Assembly (NCBI GenBank): GCA_040954595.2
Contig: CM082594.2
Coordinates: 332,208-396,207 of the forward strand
Source of the DNA: Balanoglossus misakiensis
Lineage: Eukaryota > Animalia > Hemichordata
Length of the DNA stretch: 64,000 bases
Direction of reading: 5' to 3'
In this document: positions 38,277 through 52,875 of the stretch, in pieces
Position numbering within the stretch: position 1 is the stretch's first letter
Layout of the letters: each line of letters starts with the position of its first letter
Notes under the pieces: model-generated
Database searches by the model: none
What the model was told of the DNA's origin: nothing
The model's input: the letters and a program-made list of their open reading frames with translations, nothing else
Position numbers and translations under genes: made by a program

Positions 38277-41200
38277 CTTGGTAAGTATCAATTTTTTGTA
38301 TATTATTGAGGTAAGATAAAAATGTGCGAAGGTTTGGCAATACTGGCTTAAATTTATATTTAAAGATAAAATTCTTTGAAAGTAATATAAAGTAATTCAG
38401 GGCTAACCACTCATCGTTTGTGTGGTTACTTTGAAAATTCTATTTTATACCCACCAAAACATCAAAAGGGGACAGCTCAATGGCAATATTACACTTTGTC
38501 TGTAATTGCAACTCTACATCCTTCCAAAAAGACAAAATACAGTCGCATTCGAAAAATAAATGTATAAGGATTTCCTCATAATTTTCACAGAAGGTGCATT
38601 TCACAGAATCGCATTTTCCCCCTTATCTTTAAAAATGTATTTGTAGTACAGATTCTACTAGCAATTCTGAATTGAAAATTACGCAAAGTAGAATCCTTTG
38701 TTACAATAAATGGTAAAGCATAGTGTAATTGCGAATCAAAATTCCCGAAGAGGTCTTTCCATTTTTGCGTACATCACATCGGTTTAAGATTATTCTTCAA
38801 AAATAACTTATTATAAGTAAAATAGAGTAGGTTTTTTTCAGGATCTATTTGTGTAATACATGTTTGGGTGGTCATTATTTACAGAGCCTTGTTGCTGAAT
38901 CATTCTGAACCGTGATCTTGGAAGAGCGTTGATTAAACCCATATGAAGTTTGGTGAAAAATTATGTCTGTTACTAAAATCTTGGAAAGATAAAATGGAAC
39001 CGGAAAAATCTAATAAATCCGAAATATACATTACAACATTATCATACCAGTTTTTATAAAATATGGTAGCGTTGTTAACTTTCAGCTCTGGTTGAACCAT
39101 ATACACTTTTTTATGTTATTAATAGGGTCGGGGGGGGGGGGGGTAAAGTTTTTGACCAACATAGTAGTACTGAGTACCAGAAGCTATGACGTGAAAATCT
39201 GTTTCTGGCAAACTCCACGACCTGAGCGGGGGTGAAGTGGGTAAGATAGCAGGGGATATACCCACAGTTTAAACATTTCTATCCACTGAGAATATTGATT
39301 GGACATTAATCTGTTAATCCACGAAGCATGCACTGCTTGAACGAATGAGGGAAGATGGGTCATTCGCAAACCCCACTCATCACAATTACAACATAATCTT
39401 AATCTATTGACTTTATCAGGTTTTGAATTCCGATAAAACTCTAATAAGTGTACATATTTGATTATCTGACATGGGAGGTAAGGATGAGAAAATATGAATA
39501 AACTTTGACAAAGCAAGTGTTTTAGCTATTGTAATCTTGCCAAACAAGGTCACAGGTCGCCATGACCACTTAGTAAGCAGTGTGGACACTTCCCTTACTT
39601 TTGGTGTAAAATTTAACATATCGAGCCCAACAAGATCAACGTTCAGGTTAATACCAAGAACTGTTAACGGTTCATCAACCCATAATAAGTTCTTGTTTGG
39701 CAACAAAATATCATGTGAATGGCATTTAGCGCCAAACCAAACCAATTTAGTTTTTTGGTAGTTAATTCGCAAACCCGACAGAAAAGTAAAGAAACCCAAG
39801 GTAGCAAACAGATTTTTCAGAGAACTTTCAGAACCATCTAAATATACAAAAATATCATCTGCGTATTGCCCCAGTAAATTTTTTTTATCTCTAAGTGTAA
39901 TTCCTTCTATATTACTATGGGCTCTGATTTCATGCGCAAGTTTTTCAACACAGGTGATAAACAGGTACGGTGATAGAGGATCACCTTGTCTAACACCTCT
40001 CTCGAGGGGAAAAAATCAGGAAAGTTTCCGTTATTTATAACACAACTAGTGGTGTTTTTATAAAACACTTTGACCCATTTTCTGAAAGAGGGATAAAAAT
40101 TAAACTTTCTCAATGCTTTATCGATAAATTCCCAAGAAAGCGTGTCAAACGCCATTTCAAAGTCTAGAAGTACAAGAAAACCTTGTCTATCTTTGAAGTT
40201 AACGATACATCATCAATCAAACGTGTATTTTCACCAATATACCTTCCTTTCCTCAAAAAACCTTTCTAGTCAGGGTGAATAATTTTTGGCAAGAACCGTT
40301 TCATACGGTTTGCTATAACACCAGATGCAATCTTATCATCCGTGTTTAGCAATGTAATACGGCGCCAATTTTTCATGTGAAATCTATTCTTGTTGGGTTT
40401 CGGGATACAAGTAACAATTCCCCGCTTTTGAGAAATAGACATTTCGCCTGAGGAGTAGGCGGAATTAATTGCACGGGCTATATAAACACCAATGTCGGGC
40501 CAAAAAAATTTCGGCAGAAAAACCGTCTGTTCCTGGTGACTTATTATTTGCTATTGACTTCAACACTACTCCACATTCATGCTTAGACAGGGCCCCTTCC
40601 AAAGAATCCCGTTCCTCAGTACTCAAAGTAGGCAAAGTATTTCCATGCTGCATAAAATTATCTAACTGATCAATATTGCAAGCAACGTTTTTGGTAGCCG
40701 CATATAGATTCCGGTAAAACTTAGATTGTTCACGAAGGATGTCTTCGTCCTCAGTTATTGTGGAGCCAACACTCAGGCACAGCTGACCGATGGCTTTATT
40801 GGTGAAATGTCTCTTTTCCATAGAGCAAAAATACTTAGTAGGTTTTTCCCCTTCTGTAGACCACCTGGCCCGAGCACGTACGCGACTTCCTTCTACTTTT
40901 TTGACAGTATGCTATCAACTGTTCTTTTTTCATGCAGTTCATCTAACATGTCAGGCGTTTATAGATCATTCACACGAGTTTCTAGTAAAATATTCTCCGT
41001 TTCAAGCTGTTTCTCGGCCCTAATAAATTCCTAGTTGCATACGAAATCGTAACTCCACGAATTTTTATTTTCAACGTATCCAAGAAAAGTTGATCCGAAA
41101 TGGTAAAAGTGGGACCAGCTTGAGAGCTTCCCTCCTGTCTGTACTCATCCTTAGTATCCCGAATTGTGTTTTTAACAATGTCCACATAATCGTTGTCATC

Positions 41201-41535
41201 CGAGAGAGACGTATTGCAGAGTGGTCACTCCGGTAACCGACACAAATATTTGCAGTTGCGGTCATATTAGCGAATTCAGGCGTAATAAGAAAATAATCCA
41301 GTCTTTTGCGCCTAAACTACGTAAATGTACGCGAGGACTCGTTTATCATCCGCCAAATATCTATCAAATTATACTCATCACAGAGAAGATCAATTTGTTG
41401 CCTTGCATCCGAGTGAGAGTCTGTAGTGCGGCCAGCTGTGTCAGCATCAAAACCCTCACTACATTCCAGTCCCCAACTGCAATAACTGAATTATTACCAA
41501 ACATATTGATCTGCCATTTCAAATCAATATAGAAT
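38277..41535 (-). pseudogene. Decayed Tx1/L1-clade LINE ORF2 (APE C-half, RT, zinc knuckle), truncated at both ends, copy 1
   Basis: Motifs VGDWNVV, RLDYFLI...GYRSDHS, RARARWSTEGEKPTKYF, NKSPGTDGF, DFEMAFDTLSW, RGVRQGDPLSPYLF, QYADD, SGLRINYQKT and CTFCENYEEILIHLFFEC, with many frameshifts and stops. Confidence 0.9.
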
Positions 41536-41536
41536 C

Positions 41537-42871
41537 TAGTACCACCTACCCCAAGACCATGCGTAATCCCATAGGATACACACATTTCAAAGTTGTCTCT
41601 AAAGAAGTGTTTTATTGTTAAATAACTAATGTTAACATTTCCTTTCTTGTTTAGTATATATAGAAGTCAATAATCCAAACCCCAAAAAGCTGTCAAAAAT
41701 TTGCTTCACAAAAACAAAATCACAATCATTGCGTTGTCTTTGGGGATGAATATTTTCAAAATTGCCGAAGAAAATAATTTAAAAATCATATAATTAAATA
41801 ATCAAAAATTAATTTTACTCCTATTTGCACTTCCCGTAAAGAGCAGTGTCTAAGCTTTCTAAAAATATAAGGTTTATGTACTTTGAAGCTAGCTTTATTG
41901 TTGTAGGAGAGGATATAGTACCCCCTACCCGAAGACCATGCGTAATCCCATAGGATACATGCATTTCAAAGTTGTCTCTAAAGAAGTATTGTATTGTTAT
42001 ATAACTAATGTTAACATTTGTTTTCTTGTTTAATAAATAGAAGTCAATAATCCAAACCCCCAAAGATGTCAATAATTTGCTTCACAAAAAAAAAATCACA
42101 ATTGTTGCGTTGTCTTTGGGGTGAATATTTTCAAAATTGCCGAAAAAATTAATTTAAAAATCTTATAATTAAATATTCATAATTTTTTTTATAATTAAGT
42201 TTGTGCTTCCCGTAAAGAGCAGTGTCTAAGCTTTCTAAAAATATAAGGTTTATGTAATTGTTTGCTAGTTTTATTTTTTTTAGGAGAGGATATAGTACCC
42301 CCCTACCCCAAGACCATGCGTAATCCCATAGGATACATGCATTTCAAAGTTGTCTCTAAAGAAGTATTGTATTGTTAAATAACTAATGTTAACATTTGTT
42401 TTCTTGTTTAATATATAGAATTAAATAATCCAAACCTAAAACGTTGTCAAAAATTTGCTTCACAAAAAGAAAATCACAAATGTAACATTGTCTTTTGAGT
42501 GAAAACTTTCAAAATTGCCGAAAAAATTAATTTAAAAATCATCTCATTAAATATTCATAAATATTGTTTAATAAAGTTTGTGCTTCCCGTAAAGAGCAGT
42601 ATCTAAGCTTTCTAAAAATATGAGGTTTATGTAATTTCATGGTAGTTTTATTTTTTTAGGAGAGAATATAGTACCCCCTACCCCAACCCATTTTTCGCCA
42701 TTTTGAGCGGCACATACCATTCAAAAACCACCCCGGAGGGGTAGTGCAACCCAAATATTCAATGTTTACATCTTTTTTCTTGTTCAGCACGTTCTAAAGA
42801 ACAAAAAAATACCCAAGTGGTAGGTTTATGGGGGGGGGGGTGCACGGTGGACCCGTCGAGCCCACGGACTA
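41537..42871. repeat. ~377-bp tandem repeat (3 copies plus partial) ending in a DNA-transposon-like terminus, copy 1
   Basis: TAGTACC(A/C)CCTACCC.AAGACCATGCG at about 41537, 41916, 42293 and 42669 (partial). The end reads TAGTCCGTGGGCTCGACGGGTCCACCGTGCA(C)n on the minus strand. Confidence 0.8.
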
Positions 42872-45800
42872 AGAGATATTGACGGAATTCAAGAAAAAAT
42901 AACCATTTTGGCCATATTTTGACAAAAATGGTAAATTTTTAAAAAAATCATAAAAAATTAACTCTTTTCTTCATTTTCGGAAATATTATGGAGCATGAAG
43001 TGTCGTTCTCTTGAAAAAAGTGCTGCAAATTCCAGAAAAGGCGGTATAATTTGAATCACCCAAGACAAAATTACCATTTTCGACTTTTTTTCGAAAAATT
43101 GTCTTTTTTACAAAATAAATAAGAATAAATTCTTTTCTTAGTTTCAAACGGGTGGAGATACTTTCCACACGGGTTTTCTAACGTTGAATTCCCGTTCATC
43201 AACTCAGATTTCCTACAGCATAAGTCGGCTAAAACCCTGACACTCTAGAGCAGAAACAGTTGCACACTGGTAACGTTGAACAAGTCGATTTTTCTACGGC
43301 CTGGCTCGGCTAAATCTCCGTCACAATATGACAGACACTAGCGTACGTTAGCAACGGTGATCAAGTCAGATTTTCTACGGCATGGCTTGGATAAAGCACC
43401 GGCACTCTAGAGCAGAAACACGCGTACAGAGACCACGTTGATCAAGTCTGATCTCCTACGGCTTGGCTCGACTAAAACCCCGGCACACTATGACAGACAC
43501 TATAGCGTTCGTTAGCAACGTTGATCAAGTCAGATTTCCTACGGCATGGCTTGGCTAAAGCCCTGGCACTCTAGAGCAGAAACACGCCTACAGAGACCAC
43601 GTTGATCTACTCACATTTCCTTCGGCCTGGCACGGCTGATGCCCCGGCACTATATATAGGACAGAGACTGGCGTAAGTTAACAACGGTAATCACGTCGGG
43701 TTTCCTACGGCCTGGCTCAGCTGAAGCCCCGGCACTCTAGAGCAGAAACACGCGTACAGAGACCACGTTGATCAAGTCTGATCTCCTACGGCTTGGCTCG
43801 ACTAAAACCCCGGCACACTATGACAGACACTAGCGTTCGTTAGCAACGTTGATCAAGTCAGATTTCCTACGGCTTGGCTTGGCTAAAACCCTGGCACTCT
43901 AGAGCAGAAACACGCGTACAGAGACCACGTTAATCTACTCACATTTCCTTCGGCCTGGCACGGCTGATGCCCCGGCACTATATATAGGACACAGACTGGC
44001 GTAAGTTAACAACGGTAATCACGTCGGGTTTCCTACGGCCTGGCTCAGCTGAAGCCCCGGCACTCTAGAGCAGAAACAGGTGTACATTGACCACGTTGAT
44101 CAAGTCAGATTTCCTACGGCCTGGCTCGACTAAAACCCCGGCACACCATGACAGACACTAGCGTTCGTTAGCAACGGTGATCAAGTCGGATTTCCTTCGG
44201 CCTGGCTCGGCAAAAGACCCGACACTCTAGTACAAAGACGTCGGCTAAGTCGGGCAAACCGAAGAGGGAAAGTCACAGCGGGTCAACACTCGACATTTGT
44301 TCGGGTAGGACTGCATTATTGCCTGTCAATTTATTGAGAAAGCCCGAATTTAACACGGGCGTTTCAAACACCGACGTTAGTTGGGGGCACGGCCTGCAGT
44401 ACTGCCGGGTAAGCTGACATCGGCGGACCGCATATAATGTAAGGGGGGGGGGGGGGGGGAAACGGCTCAATACTACATTTATTAGATATCAGCTAATTTT
44501 GGACAATCATCTAAAATCTAAATCATTTTTTCATATTTGGATATCTGATGATGTATGAAATTTCCATTATATGTAAAAATGGTGCTGATTATAAAAAATA
44601 CACTCTGAATGAGCTGATTTAATACAAAATTGCGTTTTATTCGTTTTTGCACCAAAAAGGTCATTTTTAGGCAAAACATTCTTTATTTTTTTAATTCGGT
44701 GACCTGATCATATATAAACAATTGCTTGTATGTTAAAAGTTTTTATGACTTTTAAAAGCAGGGACACTAGCGGCATTCAACACGAAAATAACAATTTTAG
44801 CCACAATTTGGTCAAAATGGTAAATTTTTGAAAATTACAAAAAATACCTGTTTTCTACATTTTCGGAAATCTGATGGAGTATACAATGCTCTTCGTATGT
44901 ATATATCGATACAAATTCCATAAAAGACCGTCTAATTTGGCTCACTGCAGACAAAATTGCGTTTTACCAAAGTTTCCTTGAAAATGTCATTTTTAGAAAA
45001 ATAAATAAAAAAACCTTTGTTCTTCGAATTTGGTGCCCTGATCATATATGACATGTTGATTGTATGTTAAAACTTTCGACCACTCCAAAAATGCAGAGAT
45101 ATTGACGGAATTCAAGAAAAAATAGCCATTTTGGCCATATTTTGACTAAATGGTAAATTTTCAAAAAAATCATAAAAAATAAACTCTTTTCTTCATTTTC
45201 GGAAAAATTATGGAGCATGAAGTGTCGTTCTCTTGTAAAAAGTGCTGCAAATTCCAGAAAAGGCGGTATAATTTGAATCACCCAAGACAAAATTACCATT
45301 TTCGACTTTTTTTCGAAAAATTGTCTTTTTTACAAAATAAATAAGAATAAATTCTTTTCTTAGTTTCAAACGGGTAGAGATACTTTCCAAACGGGTTTTC
45401 TAACATTGAATTCCCGTTCATCAACTCAGATTTCTTACAGCATAAGTCGGCTAAAACCCTGACACTCTAGAGCAGAAACAGTTGCAGTTGCACACTGGTA
45501 ACGTTGAACAAGTCGATTTTTCTACGGCCTGGCTCGGCTAAATCTCCGTCACAATATGACAGACACTAGCGTACGTTAGCAACGGTGATGAAGTCAGATT
45601 TTCTACGGCATGGCTTGGATAAAGCCCCGGCACTCTAAAGCAGAAACACGCGTACAGAGAGCACGTTGATCAAGTCTGATCTCCTACGGCTTGGCTCGAC
45701 TAAAACCCCGGCACACTATGACAGACACTAGCGTTAGTAAGCAACGTTGATCAAGTCAGATTTCCTACGGCATGGCTTGGCTAAAGCCCTGGCACTATAG

Positions 45801-47169
45801 AGCAGAAACACGCGTACAGAGACCACGTTGATATACTCACATTTCCTTCGGCCTGGCACGGCTGATGCCCCGGCACTATATATAGGACACAGACTGGCGT
45901 AAGTTAACAACGGTAATCACGTCGGGTTTCCTACGGCCTGGCTCAGCTGAAGCCCCGGCACTCTAGAGCAGAAACAGGCATACATTGACCACGTTGATCA
46001 AGTCAGATTTCCTACGGCGTGACTCGGCTGGTGCACCGGCTCTATATGACACAGACTGGCGTAAGTTATCAACAGTGATTACGTCGGATTTCCTACGGCC
46101 TGGTTTAGCTGAAGCCCCGGCACTTTAGAGCGGAAACACGCGTACATTGACCACGATGATCAAGTCAGATCTCCTACGGCCTGGCTCGACTAAAACCCCG
46201 GCACACCATGACAGACACTAGCTTTCGTTAGCAACGGTGATCAAGTCGGATTTCCTTAGGCCTGGCTCTGCAAAAGACCCGACACTCTAGTACAAAGACG
46301 TTGGCTTAGTCGGGCAAACCGAAGAGGGAAAGTCACAGCGGGTCAACACTCGACATTTGTTCGGGTAGGACTGCATTATTGCCTGTCAATTTATAGAGAA
46401 AGCTCGAATTTAACCAGGGCGTTTCAAACACCGACGTTAGTTGGGGGCACGGCCTGCAGTACTGCCGGGTAAGCTGACATCGGCGTACCGCATATAATGT
46501 AGGGGGGGGGGGGGAACAGAACGGTTTAATACTACATTTATCTGTTATCAGCTAATTTTGGACAATCATCTAAAATCTAAATCATTTTTTCATATTTGGA
46601 TATCTGATGATGTATGAAATTTCCATTATATTTAAAAATGGTGCTGATTATAAAAAATGCACTCTAATTTAATACAAAATTGCGTTTTATTCGTTTTTGC
46701 ACCAAAAAGGTCATTTTTAGGCAAAGCATTCTTTATTTTTTTAATTCGGTGACCTGATCATATATAAACAATTGCTTGTATGTTTAAAGTTTTTATGACT
46801 TTTAAAAGCAGTGACACTGGCGGCATTCAACACGAAAATAACAATTTTAGCCACAATTTGGTCAAAATGGTAAATACCTGTTTTCTACATTTTCGGAAAT
46901 CTGATGGAGTATAGAATGCTCTTCGTATGTATATATCGATACAAATTCCACAAAAGACCGTCTAATTTGGCTCACTGCAGACAAAATTGCGTTTTACCAA
47001 ATTTTCCTTGAAAATGTCATTTTTAGAAGAAAAAAATAAAAAAACCTTTGTTCTTCGAATTTGGTGCCCTGATCATATATGACATGTTGATTGTATGTTA
47101 AAACTTTCGACCACTCCAAAAATGCAGCGATATTGACGGAATTCAAGAAAAAATAGCCATTTTGGCCAT

Positions 47170-50100
47170 CTTGGTAAGTATCAATTTTTTGTATATTATT
47201 GAGGTAAGATAAAAATGTGCGAAGGTTTGGCAATACTGGCTTAAATTTATATTTAAAGATAAAATTCTTTGAAAGTAATATAAAGTAATTCAGGGCTAAC
47301 CACTCATCGTTTGTGTGGTTACTTTGAAAATTCTATTTTATACCCACCAAAACATCAAAAGGGGACAGCTCAATGGCAATATTACACTTTGTCTGTAATT
47401 GCAACTCTACATCCTTCCAAAAAGACAAAATACAGTCGCATTCGAAAAATAAATGTATAAGGATTTCCTCATAATTTTCACAGAAGGTGCATTTCACAGA
47501 ATCGCATTTTCCCCCTTATCTTTTAAAATGTATTTGTAGTACAGATTCTACTAGCAATTCTGAATTGAAAATTACGCAAAGTAGAATCCTTTGTTACAAT
47601 AAATGGTAAAGCATAGTGTAATTGCGAATCAAAATTCCCGAAGAGGTCTTTCCATTTTTGCGTACATCACATCGGTTTAAGATTATTCTTCAAAAATAAC
47701 TTATTATAAGTAAAATAGAGTAGGTTTTTTTCAGGATCTATTTGTGTAATACATGTTTGGGTGGTCATTATTTACAGAGCCTTGTTGCTGAATCTTTCTG
47801 AACCGTGATCTTGGAAAAGCGTTGATTAAACCCATATGAAGTTTGGTGAAAAATTGTGTCTGTTACTAAAATCTTGGAAAGATAAAATGGAACCGGAAAA
47901 ATCTAATAAATCCGAAATATACATTACAACATTATCATACCAGTTTTTATAAAATATGGTAGCGTTGTTAACTTTCATCTCTGGTTGAACTATATACACT
48001 TTTTTATGTTATTAATAGGGTCGGGGGGGGGTAAAGTTTTTGACCAACATAGTAGTACTGAGTACCAGAAGCTATGACGTGAAAATCTGTTTCTGGCAAA
48101 CTCCACGACCTGAGCGGGGGTGAAGTGGTTAAGATAGCAGGGGATATACCCACAGTTTAAACATTTCTATCCACTGAGAATATTGATTGGACATTAATCT
48201 GTTAATCCACGAAGCATGCACTGCTTGAACGAATGAGGGAAGATGGGTCATTCGCAAACCCCACTCATCACAATTACAACATAATCTTAATCTATTGACT
48301 TTATCAGGTTTTGAATTCCGATAAAACTCTAATAAGTGTACATATTTGATTATCTGACATGGGAGGTAAGGATGAGAAAATATGAATAAACTTTGACAAA
48401 GCAAGTGTTTTAGCTATTGTAATCTTGCCAAACAAGGTCACAGGTCGCCATGACCACTTAGTAAGCAGTGTGGACACTTCCCTTACTTTTGGTGTAAAAT
48501 TTAACATATCGAGCCCAACAAGATCAACGTTCAGGTTAATACCAAGAACTGTTAACGGTTCATCAACCCATAATAAGTTCTTGTTTGGCAACAAAATATC
48601 ATGTGAATGGCATTTAGCGCCAAACCAAACCAATTTAGTTTTTTGGTAGTTAATTCGCAAACCCGACAGAAAAGTAAAGAAACCCAAGGTAGCAAACAGA
48701 TTTTTCAGAGAACTTTCAGAACCATCTAAATATACAAAAATATCATCTGCGTATTGCCCCAGTAAATTTTTTTTATCTCTAAGTGTAATTCCTTCTATAT
48801 TACTATGGGCTCTGATTTCATGCGCAAGTTTTTCAACACAGGTGATAAACAGGTACGGTGATAGAGGATCACCTTGTCTAACACCTCTCTCGAGGGGAAA
48901 AAATCAGGAAAGTTTCCGTTATTTATAACACAACTAGTGGTGTTTTTATAAAACACTTTGACCCATTTTCTGAAAGAGGGATAAAAATTAAACTTTCTCA
49001 ATGCTTTATCGATAAATTCCCAAGAAAGCGTGTCAAACGCCATTTCAAAGTCTAGAAGTACAAGAAAACCTTGTCTATCTTTGAAGTTAACGATACATCA
49101 TCAATCAAACGTGTATTTTCACCAATATACCTTCCTTTCCTCAAAAAACCTTTCTAGTCAGGGTGAATAATTTTTGGCAAGAACCGTTTCATACGGTTTG
49201 CTATAACACCAGATGCAATCTTATCATCCGTGTTTAGCAATGTAATACGGCGCCAATTTTTCATGTGAAATCTATTCTTGTTGGGTTTCGGGATACAAGT
49301 AACAATTTCCCGCTTTTGAGAAATAGACATTTCGCCTGAGGAGTAGGCGGAATTAATTGCACGGGCTATATAAACACCAATGTCGGGCCAAAAAAATTTC
49401 GGCAGAAAAACCGTCTGTTCCTGGTGACTTATTATTTGCTATTGACTTCAACACTACTCCACATTCATGCTTAGACAGGGCCCCTTCCAAAGAATCCCGT
49501 TCCTCAGTACTCAAAGTAGGCAAAGTATTTCCATGCTGCATAAAATTATCTAACTGATCAATATTGCAAGCAACGTTTTTGGTAGCCGCATATAGATTCC
49601 GGTAAAACTTAGATTGTTCACGAAGGATGTCTTCGTCCTCAGTTATTGTGGAGCCAACACTCAGGCACAGCTGACCGATGGCTTTATTGGTGAAATGTCT
49701 CTTTTCCATAGAGCAAAAATACTTAGTAGGTTTTTCCCCTTCTGTAGACCACCTGGCCCGAGCACGTACGCGACTTCTTTCTACTTTTTTGACAGTATGC
49801 TATCAACTGTTCTTTTTTCATGCAGTTCATCTAACATGTCAGGCGTTTATAGATCATTCACACGAGTTTCTAGTAAAATATTCTCCGTTTCAAGCTGTTT
49901 CTCGGCCCTAATAAATTCCTAGTTGCATACGAAATCGTAACTCCACGAATTTTTATTTTCAACGTATCCAAGAAAAGTTGATCCGAAATGGTAAAAGTGG
50001 GACCAGCTTGAGAGCTTCCCTCCTGTCTGTACTCATCCTTAGTATCCCGAATTGTGTTTTTAACAATGTCCACATAATCGTTGTCATCCGAGAGAGACGT

Positions 50101-50424
50101 ATTGCAGAGTGGTCACTCCGGTAACCGACACAAATATTTGCAGTTGCGGTCATATTAGCGAATTCAGGCGTAATAAGAAAATAATCCAGTCTTTTGCGCC
50201 TAAACTACGTAAATGTACGCGAGGACTCGTTTATCACCCGCCAAATATCTATCAAATTATACTCATCACAGAGAAGATCAATTTGATGCCTTGCATCCGA
50301 GTGAGAGTCTGTAGTGCGGCCAGCTGTGTCAGCATCAAAACCCTCACTACATTCCAGTCCCCAACTGCAATAACTGAATTATTACCAAACATATTGATCT
50401 GCCATTTCAAATCAATATAGAATC
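47170..50424 (-). pseudogene. Decayed Tx1/L1-clade LINE ORF2, copy 2
   Basis: Near-identical to 38277-41535 at an offset of about 8.89 kb, with the same junction and the same disablements. Confidence 0.9.
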
Positions 50425-50425
50425 T

Positions 50426-51381
50426 AGTACCACCTACCCCAAGACCATGCGTAATCCCATAGGATACACACATTTCAAAGTTGTCTCTAAAGAAGTGTTT
50501 TATTGTTAAATAACTAATGTTAACATTTCCTTTCTTGTTTAGTATATATAGAAGTCAATAATCCAAACCCCAAAAAGCTGTCAAAAATTTGCTTCACAAA
50601 AACAAAATCACAATCATTGCGTTGTCTTTGGGGATGAATATTTTCAAAATTGCCGAAGAAAATAATTTAAAAATCATATAATTAAATAATCAAAAATTAA
50701 TTTTACTCCTATTTGCACTTCCCGTAAAGAGCAGTGTCTAAGCTTTCTAAAAATATAAGGTTTATGTACTTTGAAGCTAGCTTTATTGTTGTAGGAGAGG
50801 ATATAGTACCCCCTACCCGAAGACCATGCGTAATCCCATAGGATACATGCATTTCAAAGTTGTCTCTAAAGAAGTATTGTATTGTTATATAACTAATGTT
50901 AACATTTGTTTTCTTGTTTAATAAATAGAAGTCAATAATCCAAACCTAAAACGTTGTCAAAAATTTGCTTCACAAAAAGAAAATCACAATTGTAACATTG
51001 TCTTTTGAGTGAAAATTTTCAAAATTGCCGAAAAAATTAATTTAAAAATCATCTAATTAAATATTCATAAATATTGTTTAATAAAGTTTGTGCTTCCCGT
51101 AAAGAGCAGTATCTAAGCTTTCTAAAAATATGAGGTTTATGTAATTTCATGGTAGTTTTATTTTTTTAGGAGAGAATATAGTACCCCCTACCCCAACCAA
51201 TTTTTCGCCATTTTGAGCGGCACATACCATTCAAAAACCACCCCGGAGGGGTAGTGCAACCCAAATATTCAATGTTAACATCTTTTTTCTTGTTCAGCAC
51301 GTTCTAAAGAACAAAAAAATACCCAAGTGGTAGGTTTATGGGGGGGGGGGTGCACGGTGGACCCCTCGAGCCCACGGACTA
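50426..51381. repeat. ~377-bp tandem repeat (2 copies plus partial) with the same terminus, copy 2
   Basis: Same as 41537-42871 but one unit shorter. Confidence 0.8.
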
Positions 51382-52666
51382 AGAGATATTGACGGAATTC
51401 AAGAAAAAATAACCATTTTGGCCATATTTTGACAAAAATGGTAAATTTTTAAAAAAATCATAAAAAATTAACTCTTTTCTTCATTTTCGGAAATATTATG
51501 GAGCATGAAGTGTCGTTCTCTTGAAAAAAGTGCTGCAAATTCCAGAAAAGGCGGTATAATTTGAATCACCCAAGACAAAATTACCATTTTCGACTTTTTT
51601 TCGAAAAATTGTCTTTTTTACAAAATAAATAAGAATAAATTCTTTTCTTAGTTTCAAACGGGTGGAGATACTTTCCACACGGGTTTTCTAACATTGAATT
51701 CCCGTTCATCAACTCAGATTTCCTACAGCATAAGTCGGCTTAAACCCTGACACTCTAGAGCAGAAACAGTTGCACACTGGTAACGTTGAACAAGTCGATT
51801 TTTCTACGGCCTGGCTCGGCTAAATCTCCGTCACAATATGACAGACACTAGCGTACGTTAGCAACGGTGATCAAGTCAGATTTTCTACGGCATGGCTTGG
51901 ATAAAGCACCGGCACTCTAGAGCAGAAACACGCGTACAGAGACCACGTTGATCAAGTCTGATCTCCTACGGCCTGGCTCGACTAAAACCCCGGCACACTA
52001 TGACAGACACTAGCGTTCGTTAGCAACGTTGATCAAGTCAGATTTCCTACGGCATGGCTTGGCTAAAGCCCTGGCACTCTAGAGCAGAAACACGCCTACA
52101 GAGACCACGTTGATCTACTCACATTTCCTTCGGCCTGGCACGGCTGATGCCCCGGCACTATATATAGGACAGAGACTGGCGTATGTTAACAACGGTAATT
52201 ACGTCGGGTTTCCTACGGCCTGGCTCAGCTGAAGCCCCGGCACTCTAGAGCAGAAACACGCGTACAGAGACCACGTTGATCAAGTCTGATCATTACGGCT
52301 TGGCTCGACTAAAACCCCGGCACACTATGACAGACACTAGCGTTCGTTAGCAACGTTGATCAAGTCAGATTTCCTACGGCTTGGCTTGGCTAAAACCCTG
52401 GCACTCTAGAGCAGAAACACGCGTACAGAGACCACGTTAATCTACTCACATTTCCTTCGGCCTGGCACGGCTGATGCCCCGGCACTATATATAGGACACA
52501 GACTGGCGTAAGTTAACAACGGTAATCACGTCGGGTTTCCTACGGCCTGGCTCAGCTGAAGCCCCGGCACTCTAGAGCAGAAACAGGCGTACATTGACCA
52601 CGTTGATCAAGTCAGATTTCGTACGGCGTGACTCGGCTGGTGCACCGGCTCTATATGACACAGACT

Positions 52667-52875
52667 CGAGAATCATCTCCAGTAAACGCAAAGGCGCTGT
52701 TGCTGCTAAAATCGACGTATCCTTTCACCAGGCTAAGCTTTTGCTTGAGTCTAGTTTCTGGCCACCAAATGTATTTTGTAGACAGTGGCTAGGTGAACAA
52801 AAATTTTCAGAGAGTCAATTAAACCGTATACAAAGAAAAAATGACTCCACAGATGTTGATAGATTCGTTCAATAA
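52667..52875 (+). pseudogene. LINE ORF1 C-terminal remnant
   Basis: ...SSFWPPNVFCRQW... matches the FWPxxVxCRxW ending typical of CR1-group ORF1 proteins. Confidence 0.6.
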
